From sequence record LC765218.1: 64,000 nucleotides of DNA. The stretch is one strand, 5' to 3'. A program made the translations under genes and the position numbers. Of this stretch, positions 45,752 through 54,262 are shown piece after piece. The notes beneath the pieces are model-generated. The model searched no databases. It saw only the letters and a list, made by a program, of their open reading frames with translations, and was not told the DNA's origin. Within the stretch, counting starts at the first letter, position 1; the number at the start of each line of letters is the position of its first letter.

Positions 45752-46426
45752 TTACCCCACTAGGTTATTCTGTAAATGCATGGCCTTCAAATAGACGGAC
45801 ATGGTTTTGTTAGATTTAACTTGAGAAGGCGTCTCGGCCATAATGGAATCGAGAGAAGCTTCACCTGTTTCAATGATGGATCGATTCATAGCGTTATATG
45901 CCTTTTCATCACCACCACGAAACTTAATCAGTTCGAGAACCATGTTGTTAAGACCTTTAGAGGCGTTAACCTGAATCTCAGGGGCAGATAGACGTGCACC
46001 TTTACTATCACCAGTTGCCTGTCCAGAACGCTCGTCAACAACAGTATTAGAACCTGGGATAGAAGCTTTCTTAGCTAGCATCTGAACCTGCCGACGAAGC
46101 GGAACCATACCAACTAGGTGTTTATTCTGAGTCTTATAAACTTGACCAGTGCCCGGATCAGTTAAGATAAGGTGTTGGAATAGTTCAAAACCAAGAGCAT
46201 CAGCTACTTTATAATTCTGAGCGATACTTAGAGTTGGTTCTTCTAAGTTAGGAGCGTAGAGAGCCAGCACTTCACCTGCCTCTAGACGTTCCATCCATTC
46301 AAAAAACTCTTCGTCAGAATAACGGTCAAAAAGTTCTTGATAGATTTTAACGTTCTCGCTTCCTGGTCGGAACATGTCGATGAAGTATAGAATTTCTTTT
46401 TCAAGGACTTTACGATCGGGTTTCAT
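45752..46426 (-). CDS. Virion RNA polymerase beta-like subunit, C-terminal fragment (phiKZ gp149-like)
   Basis: LTDPGTGQ...QATGDSKGARLSAPEIQV...ELIKFRGGD parallels the beta C-terminal QP..G....GGQRFGEME...E.L...SDD region; synteny. Confidence 0.85.
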   Translation of the reverse strand: MKPDRKVLEKEILYFIDMFRPGSENVKIYQELFDRYSDEEFFEWMERLEAGEVLALYAPNLEEPTLSIAQNYKVADALGFELFQHLILTDPGTGQVYKTQNKHLVGMVPLRRQVQMLAKKASIPGSNTVVDERSGQATGDSKGARLSAPEIQVNASKGLNNMVLELIKFRGGDEKAYNAMNRSIIETGEASLDSIMAETPSQVKSNKTMSVYLKAMHLQNNLVG

Positions 46427-46461
46427 AGTTACCTCTACAAATCAAATGAGCATACGATTAC

Positions 46462-46782
46462 TCAGATTGATTTAGACTCGCAGTGATACATTGGCTGTGC
46501 AGCAGCGTCTGTACATGGAGGTAACCGCTTTTTACGGAACAACGGAATGAAATTAGCAGCGAAGTTACGCCACCATGCTTCAAAATCATTCACTTCATTT
46601 AGGGTACAACGTAATTCCAGGGTGTTGATTTTGTATTGAGCCAACAACAGATGGAAGAATTGATTAAGAGTTGCAAGATCCTTGATTTCGGGCATGCGTC
46701 TATACAGATCTTCAGCAACCTCTACATCAAGAGCACGGGTACGCTGAAAAATAACAGCGCGATAATCGATGGTATTAGACAT
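46462..46782 (-). CDS. Hypothetical protein (106 aa)
   Basis: RBS AGGA; in operon. Confidence 0.75.
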   Translation of the reverse strand: MSNTIDYRAVIFQRTRALDVEVAEDLYRRMPEIKDLATLNQFFHLLLAQYKINTLELRCTLNEVNDFEAWWRNFAANFIPLFRKKRLPPCTDAAAQPMYHCESKSI

Positions 46783-46804
46783 AATTTGTTTCCTGATCGG
46801 GTAA

Positions 46805-47152
46805 CTACTCTATTTCGCCTAGGTAGTTTACCTCAGTTATTTCTTTTAAAAATTTAACGAGAATGTGTCGATGGCAAAACTTACCAGCTGGACAGTAACA
46901 TCCTAGTGCAACCTTGTCCAACTCAGTCAGCCATTCGAAGTAATCTGGGAATGCAGCGTATCGTTCAGAGAGGATGTCCATATACGCATCCTCATATTGC
47001 TCATCTGTAATGGCACCGGCTTTATGTCCCATTACCATATTCCAGGTAGGGGCAAGTAATTCCTCACCACTTTTTATAGTTGTATCCAAAGGAAAGATAT
47101 GTTTCTGTCTAACCTTTCGCCATTTAGCGATTTGATAAGTATAGACGTTCAT
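46805..47152 (-). CDS. DUF488-like protein (115 aa)
   Basis: LAPTW...Y...Y...L...VALGCYCPAGKFCHRHIL motif. Confidence 0.65.
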   Translation of the reverse strand: MNVYTYQIAKWRKVRQKHIFPLDTTIKSGEELLAPTWNMVMGHKAGAITDEQYEDAYMDILSERYAAFPDYFEWLTELDKVALGCYCPAGKFCHRHILVKFLKEITEVNYLGEIE

Positions 47153-47168
47153 TGGAATACCTACTTGA

Positions 47169-47197
47169 CATAGAGGGAGCTAATGCTCCCGTCTATG
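47169..47197. terminator. CATA/TATG-arm hairpin element
   Basis: CATAGA-GGGAGC-TAAT-GCTCCC-GTCTATG. Confidence 0.7.
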
Positions 47198-47200
47198 ATA

Positions 47201-47593
47201 TTAATCACAACAACTGCTATCGCTACTTGAACCACTATCGGTAGTATCGCTAGAAAGGGCCACAGCAGCTCCTACAGCGAAGATTGTGTTGGACAGGTCC
47301 ATATCCTCGGCTCCTCTACCAGAAGCGTAACCACGGCCTTCTGGGATCCTTAAAGGTTGAACCTGTTTTGATTCGTTTGCTCTATAGCGCTCGTACCATT
47401 CTTTTGCTGGGTCAGATAAAGTGGATCTATATTTTTCACTGCCCATTTCAACGGCTTCGCGTGCCAAAGAGATCTGTTCGCATTTACCCAAATCCCCGCG
47501 CTCGGCAGGGATAGGTTCAACGATCACAACTCCTTCTTTAGGCAGCTTTCGCTTTGGCCAGATCCAACGGAATAATCTTAGCACGTTCATCAT
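47201..47593 (-). CDS. Hypothetical protein with Ser/Asp-rich tail (130 aa)
   Basis: Overlaps the 3' end of uvsX by 56 nt; ends SSDTTDSGSSSDSSCCD. Confidence 0.6.
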   Translation of the reverse strand: MMNVLRLFRWIWPKRKLPKEGVVIVEPIPAERGDLGKCEQISLAREAVEMGSEKYRSTLSDPAKEWYERYRANESKQVQPLRIPEGRGYASGRGAEDMDLSNTIFAVGAAVALSSDTTDSGSSSDSSCCD

Positions 47594-48977
47594 CAGTCAT
47601 CCAGTAAGGTTTATAGTCACCGGTACGCATACGAAGAAGATCGTAGGTCGAAAGGAATTTCTTATCGGTGAGAGCTTCGTCTTCTTCACACATCCAATAG
47701 CCACGAGTCGTATTCAGGATCATATCCCAATCATAACCCATCGCTTTCAGATCTTCGTACAGTGTCTTTGGATCACATACATCTTCAGCCGTCCAACGCT
47801 GGAACTGGATCAACTGAAGCATCTCAGATTGAATTTCAACAGCCCGACGAAGGGATTCGTTTTCCATAAGCTTCTTACGTACAGTGGTACGACTAAGCTT
47901 GATATCTGGGCAAAGTTCAATGTAGTAGTTCAGAAGGTTACCACCAATACCCCAACCATTTTCTTTGCAGTAATGGAACTCAGTGAGCGAAGGAAGTACA
48001 CCTTCAGTCTGAGAAACTACGATATGGAAAGGAAGGCCAGTAATACCACCTTTACCACGAAGGTTCATTACCTCCAGAATCTTAAGATCGGTATCCCCTT
48101 CCATTGCGGTCGAGTTATCGATCGGATACAGAGGCATCTTCTCTTTGTTAACAAGAGGTTTGTTAGACTCGATAGAGAATACGTTGTTAGGCAGCGAATA
48201 GAAGCCAGAACTAACGCCTTTAAGAACCGTATCCTTCTTCATGTGGGAAAGATTACGTTTATCAGTCGGGTACATCTCCATTTGGATGATGTCACCAGTG
48301 TGCGCAGTCAGTACGATATAAGTACCGGTCTTAGCACATACCTGAGGCAATTGGTTGAACAGCTGGTTCTTAGCCTTACCATTAGTCATGGCATCGGTGT
48401 TGTTACCAGATGCACCGATAGCATTCTTCTCGTACATATCCGATACGGCAGTAACGATAAACTTCGAGAAACTATCGATCAGGCCAGTTGTCGGGTACAT
48501 GCATTTCTTGTTGTTACCTTCAACATCAAGGAACGGAGTAGTGCGCTGATATTCTTTTTCTGCTTTCTCTTTCTCACCAAGTGCTGTACGGAAGAGTTTA
48601 AAGAACTCATCGCCGGTATATCGAGAAAGGTCAGTGAACATGAATTGTTCATCATGTTCCCAATCGATCTTTTGCAGATCACTGAATTGAGCTGCAAGAC
48701 TACTGAAACGTGCAACCGGGTTCAAGGTACCCTCGGTATCATAGATCATGCCATGGGAACCCGGCATAGCTCGACGAACCATCGCTAGCATATACACAGC
48801 GAGTGCAGTTTTAAAGTTGTTAGGTCGAGATGCGATACCGGTCATCGGACCGAGACCACCGTTACAGATCATCTCGCCGTGTTTACCTTGTTCATATTTA
48901 CCAGTGGATACATCCATCAGGCAGCCGATATTAACCGCCGGGCGGAAGGCCGGACGTTGGAAGTGTTTAGCGAACAT
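47538..48977 (-). CDS. uvsX: RecA/UvsX-like recombinase (phiKZ gp152-like)
   Basis: Variant Walker A GIASRPNNFKT, IYDTEGT, GLIDSFSK (Walker B), VLTAHTG; no intein visible. Confidence 0.9.
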   Translation of the reverse strand: MFAKHFQRPAFRPAVNIGCLMDVSTGKYEQGKHGEMICNGGLGPMTGIASRPNNFKTALAVYMLAMVRRAMPGSHGMIYDTEGTLNPVARFSSLAAQFSDLQKIDWEHDEQFMFTDLSRYTGDEFFKLFRTALGEKEKAEKEYQRTTPFLDVEGNNKKCMYPTTGLIDSFSKFIVTAVSDMYEKNAIGASGNNTDAMTNGKAKNQLFNQLPQVCAKTGTYIVLTAHTGDIIQMEMYPTDKRNLSHMKKDTVLKGVSSGFYSLPNNVFSIESNKPLVNKEKMPLYPIDNSTAMEGDTDLKILEVMNLRGKGGITGLPFHIVVSQTEGVLPSLTEFHYCKENGWGIGGNLLNYYIELCPDIKLSRTTVRKKLMENESLRRAVEIQSEMLQLIQFQRWTAEDVCDPKTLYEDLKAMGYDWDMILNTTRGYWMCEEDEALTDKKFLSTYDLLRMRTGDYKPYWMTDDERAKIIPLDLAKAKAA

Positions 48978-49031
48978 TGATATTACCTTTTAGTGATTAG
49001 CCAATCACTTTATTGATATTGAGAGTAATTT

Positions 49032-49035
49032 TATG
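49032..49035 (+). promoter_or_regulatory. Putative late promoter core TATG
   Basis: TATG in the AT-rich divergent gap 41 nt before a head-protein gene. Confidence 0.45.
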
Positions 49036-49075
49036 TTTAGAGAATTCGCAACTCTTGTGCCATAGGAAAACAACC

Positions 49076-50044
49076 ATGATTAAAAATGTTCTTAATAAAT
49101 ACACTGAGAAGGTCTCCAATGAAAACGTCCAGACTGATGACGTTATCTTTGATAGTTCTCAGAATAAGTTCTTCACTGAGGGTGATCCTCAAGCAGCAGA
49201 GCAAACCCCTGAAACAGAAGTTCTTCCTGTAGATCAAACTCCTACAGACAAACTATTCGATGCTCTGGGTACAATTTCCACTGAAGCTGGTTTCATTGGT
49301 AATGTTTCTAATTGGTTTGCCCGTAAAGTATCCAATATGGGAGTTCATATTAAAGACGGTTTCCGTTATCTGACTACGTGGAACTATGATCCGCTTCTAC
49401 CTCTTAATCCTCTATCCATGAAAGGCTTTGTGGCTACTCTGGATTATTTCGAAGTTGAGAAAGAGATTGTTCCGCAACCAGCTGGCTTTAAAGGCGAAAT
49501 GCTTCCATATACCGCTGGTCTGGTATCGCGTGCACAGGTAATGGCGCAAGTAGTAGAGAAGGTTATTCGACCCGCGACATCTCGTTTTGGTCATTATCTG
49601 ACTACTCCAGAAGATCGTGCAGAACGTCGAGACTTCCAATACGGTATCGATATTGATAAATCGATTGACCAGCTTATTAAAGAAGACGCTCAGTTCTTTG
49701 CTAATAACCGCCAGTCAACTGTTGCATTTGGTAAGATTTACAGTTCGATGAATGACTTCTATGAATCTGAACAACATATGTTCGAGATTAATACCATTCT
49801 TAAAGGTGGTGAAACCTCTACCGTTAAAAGTGCAGTAGAAGCATTAAGTCAAACCGTAACTGCTTTGATGGAACGGATCGGTAAAGAAGGCGATATCAAA
49901 ACATCCAGCGAGTTCGCTAAGATGATGTCTGAGGAACTAACCCAAGTAGCTAAGTGGGTAGAGTGGTTCTCCATTCAAATGACACGAATTATTGAAACCA
50001 ATAATGTCTTAGCTGAAACAGAGAAACATCTTCGTTCTCTGTAA
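49076..50044 (+). CDS. Head protein with cleaved propeptide (phiKZ gp153-like)
   Basis: ATG 49076 after AGGA; acidic N-terminus with S-N-E and S-T-E sites; synteny. Confidence 0.75.
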   Translation: MIKNVLNKYTEKVSNENVQTDDVIFDSSQNKFFTEGDPQAAEQTPETEVLPVDQTPTDKLFDALGTISTEAGFIGNVSNWFARKVSNMGVHIKDGFRYLTTWNYDPLLPLNPLSMKGFVATLDYFEVEKEIVPQPAGFKGEMLPYTAGLVSRAQVMAQVVEKVIRPATSRFGHYLTTPEDRAERRDFQYGIDIDKSIDQLIKEDAQFFANNRQSTVAFGKIYSSMNDFYESEQHMFEINTILKGGETSTVKSAVEALSQTVTALMERIGKEGDIKTSSEFAKMMSEELTQVAKWVEWFSIQMTRIIETNNVLAETEKHLRSL

Positions 50045-50085
50045 GACAACATATTGCCCCACCTAATGGTGGGGCTTTATGCCGT
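50045..50085. terminator. Bidirectional CATA/TATG-arm hairpin
   Basis: GACAACATATT-GCCCCACC-TAAT-GGTGGGGC-TTTATGCCGT. Confidence 0.85.
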
Positions 50086-50495
50086 TAAGCTGTCGCCTGA
50101 CGTTCCTTCATGCAATGGTGTACTAATTGCTTAAGTTCTTTAACGAAAGTTTCCTTGTCTGTATATAGAAGCCAGCAGGGAGTCTTTCGAGCGATCCTTT
50201 CGAAGTACTTGTCAGATTCAAGATCAACCTTCTCGATAGGGAGGATACCTTTCCAAACGTAAGGTCCAAATAACGTTGGTAAGCGTAAGGCGCTTTCATC
50301 CCTCACGAGACGCATCACTGAATTAAGCGAAGATATCCGCTCGCATTCGTGATCGCGACACTGCACCAGTGCGGCATGCAATGACGCCATTACGCACATC
50401 CGTTTGAAGCCGTTATCCAGGTGATTCCAGATGAAAACCCAGAATGTCCTGAATGGATTTTCATCCAGCCTCAAGAATCTGCTAATAAGGCTCAT
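50085..50495 (-). CDS. Hypothetical protein (136 aa)
   Basis: Downstream of RNase H in the same operon. Confidence 0.75.
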   Translation of the reverse strand: MSLISRFLRLDENPFRTFWVFIWNHLDNGFKRMCVMASLHAALVQCRDHECERISSLNSVMRLVRDESALRLPTLFGPYVWKGILPIEKVDLESDKYFERIARKTPCWLLYTDKETFVKELKQLVHHCMKERQATA

Positions 50496-50505
50496 GAGTT
50501 ACCCA

Positions 50506-51951
50506 CTATTTTTTCAAAATGAACTGTGTGTACGGTGCTTCATAGATGGCAGAACCATCATCAGTTACAAACACAGTCGAGTATGAATAGGCTAACGGAC
50601 CCGTAGCTACAATCAGTACTTCCACTTTAACACCCTCGCAGCTGATTCGAGCGAGTTGGTTACGAGAAGGAATATCGATTGTCAATGCCAATCGGAGTGA
50701 TACCTTCTGTCCTTTATAATCGATAGGAATATCGAGATATGGTGTATTTTGAGTGATAGACTTCTTAAGTTGGGTTACCGTCTTCTTACCGCTCTGTACA
50801 GTTTCATACAGGTGATCGGTAATGTCGATTTTATAAACCGACTCTCCTATCGTTCCCGCCGTGTATTCCGCCAAACGACGTTCCAGCACGTTAAACATGC
50901 TTACCGCATCGTTAGCCATACGTGGTGGGTTGAGAGTCCTACTAATGAGACCCATATCTGGAGTTGCAAGAACAAAGATGTCATCAAAACGTACAAGAGC
51001 ATCAAGCCCAAGTGATTCGATTTGCTGGCGTTGCTTTGCTCCACAAGCATTACCCAGATTGAGAATACCGAGTTCTGGGAGGTCAGTCCCAAATGCTTTC
51101 GTATGTAGCTCAATTAGATTCTCTAAATACTCGTCAGGTTCCCGAGATTTATAGACTCCAAAGGTTGCTTCGGAAATCCTTCTCCCAAGTAGCAAATCTG
51201 CTTTGGCCAATTTATCTTTGGCAGTATCCCTAGGACGATGGCCCGCATTATGCATACTTCCGAGGTTGTACATGTAGTAGGTCCCATCCGAGGGTTTCCC
51301 ACTATTAATTCCAAAGAGCAGACGGGACTCCAGGATCAGTGGATTCATCTGAACTTTTTTCAGCTTGTTGATGGCATCGCCTTCAACCTTAACTGTTTTA
51401 GGTGTAACCGAAGCACCGCCTCCGCGTAGCGCATTGACGTCAGCCTTCTCGTTGCCTATATCTCCCGAATGGCCTTTAACCCATTTGAGTTCCAGTTTGC
51501 GGTCGTTCTTAAGCCAATCCATCTTTTGCTGGTTCAGAGCAATCCATAGATCTTTGTTGGCTACAGGATTACCATCTACCTTAACCCAATTGTTTTTTAT
51601 CCATTTTGGGAGATAAGATTCGAGACCTTTTCTGACATACTCACTATCCATAAGCATGGTTAGTTTAGTAGCCTTAGAGGCATCTGCAATCTTAAAGCCG
51701 TTAATCGCCGCACTAAGCTCAGCGGTGTTGTTCGTCGGATTATCGACTACCTTACCGAAGGAGTCGATATATTCAATAACCGTACAAGTATCCTCGGCAC
51801 CGACATCCTGATAACCCGATGCAGTTGGCTGCTGTTTTGTAGCAGCTTTAGACTTCATCGGTGTATTGGTGTAAGTGTAACCATGGACTCCCCAACCAGC
51901 TAGACCTTGACGGAATGATCCATCTGTGTATAGCACTATACCGTCGCACAT
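50506..51951 (-). CDS. rnhA: Ribonuclease HI with a long C-terminal domain (phiKZ gp155-like)
   Basis: LYTDGS, TNNTAEL, MDSEYV, NKDLW and WVKGHSGDIGNEKAD catalytic motifs; about 280-aa extension. Confidence 0.92.
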   Translation of the reverse strand: MCDGIVLYTDGSFRQGLAGWGVHGYTYTNTPMKSKAATKQQPTASGYQDVGAEDTCTVIEYIDSFGKVVDNPTNNTAELSAAINGFKIADASKATKLTMLMDSEYVRKGLESYLPKWIKNNWVKVDGNPVANKDLWIALNQQKMDWLKNDRKLELKWVKGHSGDIGNEKADVNALRGGGASVTPKTVKVEGDAINKLKKVQMNPLILESRLLFGINSGKPSDGTYYMYNLGSMHNAGHRPRDTAKDKLAKADLLLGRRISEATFGVYKSREPDEYLENLIELHTKAFGTDLPELGILNLGNACGAKQRQQIESLGLDALVRFDDIFVLATPDMGLISRTLNPPRMANDAVSMFNVLERRLAEYTAGTIGESVYKIDITDHLYETVQSGKKTVTQLKKSITQNTPYLDIPIDYKGQKVSLRLALTIDIPSRNQLARISCEGVKVEVLIVATGPLAYSYSTVFVTDDGSAIYEAPYTQFILKK

Positions 51952-51993
51952 TGTTTTTTACCTCTGTCAACAGACTCTTAACTAAAGTATAAA

Positions 51994-52404
51994 TCAGTCG
52001 AGTTTTCTTTGACAGTGATCCAACCACTTTTGGTGGGCTTGCTCTATCTTGGATCGTTCGGCAACATTGTACGCACGAAGTTCGGCTACATACTCCGAGA
52101 GTTTCCGATCGATTTCTTCTGAAGACTGCGCACTCGCTAATTCTTCTTCGTTCGGTTTCTCGGGGAGTAAAGCAGCACGTGGGAGTACAAACGGTTCACA
52201 GCTTGCTAACGGACGCTTTTGTTCTGTGACAGGTGTTTGTATAACTCGTTCTTTCACTTCCGTTATTGTTTTAATTTGCGGCTGGCTAAATTCCCAGCTG
52301 GAAGTTGTCTCTTGCTGAACCACAGTCTGTGTGGTGTACCTCGGTGCATAAATAACGCAACCAGAAAGAGTCAAACAAAGTACTAGTAAATATTTTTTAG
52401 ACAT
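51994..52404 (-). CDS. Lipoprotein, o-spanin-like
   Basis: MSKKYLLVLCLTLSG-C signal II/lipobox; RBS AGGTG; Pro-rich middle and C-terminal helix with Cys. Confidence 0.7.
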   Translation of the reverse strand: MSKKYLLVLCLTLSGCVIYAPRYTTQTVVQQETTSSWEFSQPQIKTITEVKERVIQTPVTEQKRPLASCEPFVLPRAALLPEKPNEEELASAQSSEEIDRKLSEYVAELRAYNVAERSKIEQAHQKWLDHCQRKLD

Positions 52405-52430
52405 GTGGTTCACCTACAGCCCATTAAAGG

Positions 52431-52718
52431 TTATTTCAGAATTTCACCCAGAAGCTTTCGCCTGGCTTGAAGCGATTCGACAGAGTCTACATCGCATACA
52501 CATTCCGGACGTTGTTTCAACTTCCAGTTCTCTGACTTAACATCATTCAACTCGCCGATAGTTAACATGAGCGACATGGCCAAGACCAGTACCATCGCAA
52601 ACATAAACGTAACGTGCTTGTTTTCCAGCATCACTTCACGGACAGTACGATCACCGAAGATCGCCCGTTTCAGGAAGGGCCACAACAGGAGCAAGGCTTT
52701 TGCAGTTAAACTGAGCAT
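52431..52718 (-). CDS. Small membrane protein, i-spanin-like or holin-like (95 aa)
   Basis: TM helix VTFMFAMVLVLAMSLMLTI followed by a coiled segment with CxC; directly upstream of the lipoprotein. Confidence 0.6.
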   Translation of the reverse strand: MLSLTAKALLLLWPFLKRAIFGDRTVREVMLENKHVTFMFAMVLVLAMSLMLTIGELNDVKSENWKLKQRPECVCDVDSVESLQARRKLLGEILK

Positions 52719-52907
52719 GATTTCCTCTGTTCAGTTAGACATTGCGCCTACCCATAAAAGCCGTGGATGGCTGAGATCAATAGACATTAAAGACAATATA
52801 CTAACCGTTTAAAAGCATTAGTATACCCGACGTTTTAAATAAGCACAAGCGGAGTGACTGATTTTATAGATGGAAGACCATCGATCTCTCGCTCATGAGG
52901 ATAGCAC

Positions 52908-54215
52908 ATGTACAATTTGAAAGGCTTTTACAGCTTCCCTGCACTCATTTCGAATGCACCTGAAACTGTAGCGAAGCTCGGCGAACTTTCGTCGAACAGC
53001 GCAACCTATGCAAAGGACAAGACTTTCCACACCGGTACGTCCGCACCAAACGTTGTTTTTATTTCTTTTCATAGCGTAAAGGATGGAAACGTTGTTGATG
53101 TTGCTGGTAACAACAAAGATCAAGTTCTTAAGCTAGGTGAATATATTTATCAACAGTCGATTTCTGGTACGATCGGTTCCGATCCTAACGTACTTCGTCA
53201 ACTGGTGATGGCAGAGTTTAATGGGGTTATCCAAAGTTTCCGTAGTGGTCAAATGATTTCTAACGGTAGCATTTGGATGCCAGAATGGGTTGAATTCGTA
53301 TTAGTTGGTTCTGAAGCTAACCAGATGAATATCTGGCTTGCAGATGAATCCTTTGCAGCTCAGTACGATGAATACATCATCGAGATCGTACATCCGATAA
53401 TTCCGTATGACGATTTCTTTAAAGATCCGCTTATTGTTAAGCAGCTACTGGACGATTATGATCTCGTTGAGAAGATCGAAGAAGTTCAGGCTAAGCGGGC
53501 ACAATATCCATATACACATCAACGGGCATTCATGTTTGAATACCATAATCCCCGTGATGATTCTATGCGTTTCCCCGCCTATTGGATTGCAATCGTCTAT
53601 GGCGAGGCTGGCAACAACCCTGACCTCATCAAAGACAAGATTGTAGAAGAACTACTGGCTGACTCTGCACATCCACGGACAGATTGGGAAGTTATTCTTC
53701 CAGACCTGTTCATGACAACTGAGTTCATCTTTACTCCATTCTGGAACCAGTATTCTATCGAACAAGCCGATTATCGAGCTGGTACCTACAGTCCTACTGT
53801 AGACCATCGTAAACGACTTCCTTTGATTCGTCGAACAGCACGTGGGCCAGGTTATACTCAAACCTACGTAGACAATAAATTCGAGCTGTCTTCGAACACA
53901 TACAAATCCATTGCCTTCTCCGTATTGGGTAACCCTCAAAACAGGAATGGTATTACACAGTTCTCGCAGAAATTTAAAGATTATCAGTTAGTAACTAACG
54001 ATACTGGGGATATCAATAAATCGTCGCCTGAAACAATTGAATGGATGATGTTGTTCTCGAAGCTACTGAAAGCAGCCGAAGGGATGACTCGCTATAGCTC
54101 TGTTCCACAAGGGGTGTCTCGCATGATTCGTGATAATGTGATTTATGCAAGCGCATACTTTAAGAACGTTAACTACATGGTTGTAGCTAAAGCTAGCGTA
54201 GAAGAATTATCCTAA
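52908..54215 (+). CDS. Virion structural protein (phiKZ gp157-like)
   Basis: 435 aa; N-terminal LKGF...N....A.LGELS motif recalled from this family; synteny. Confidence 0.7.
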   Translation: MYNLKGFYSFPALISNAPETVAKLGELSSNSATYAKDKTFHTGTSAPNVVFISFHSVKDGNVVDVAGNNKDQVLKLGEYIYQQSISGTIGSDPNVLRQLVMAEFNGVIQSFRSGQMISNGSIWMPEWVEFVLVGSEANQMNIWLADESFAAQYDEYIIEIVHPIIPYDDFFKDPLIVKQLLDDYDLVEKIEEVQAKRAQYPYTHQRAFMFEYHNPRDDSMRFPAYWIAIVYGEAGNNPDLIKDKIVEELLADSAHPRTDWEVILPDLFMTTEFIFTPFWNQYSIEQADYRAGTYSPTVDHRKRLPLIRRTARGPGYTQTYVDNKFELSSNTYKSIAFSVLGNPQNRNGITQFSQKFKDYQLVTNDTGDINKSSPETIEWMMLFSKLLKAAEGMTRYSSVPQGVSRMIRDNVIYASAYFKNVNYMVVAKASVEELS

Positions 54216-54216
54216 A

Positions 54217-54250
54217 AACATAAGGGAGAGGGGAAACCCTCTCCTTTTAT
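54217..54250 (+). terminator. CATA-arm hairpin element
   Basis: AACATAA-GGGAGAGGG-GAAA-CCCTCTCC-TTTTAT. Confidence 0.8.
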
Positions 54251-54262
54251 TAGGGGATACAC

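Noticed and set aside
5205-48977. Introns, inteins or homing endonucleases in dnaB, the RNAP subunits or uvsX
   Set aside because: ORFs are continuous and of expected size; I saw no intein splice motifs or LAGLIDADG/HNH/GIY-YIG signatures
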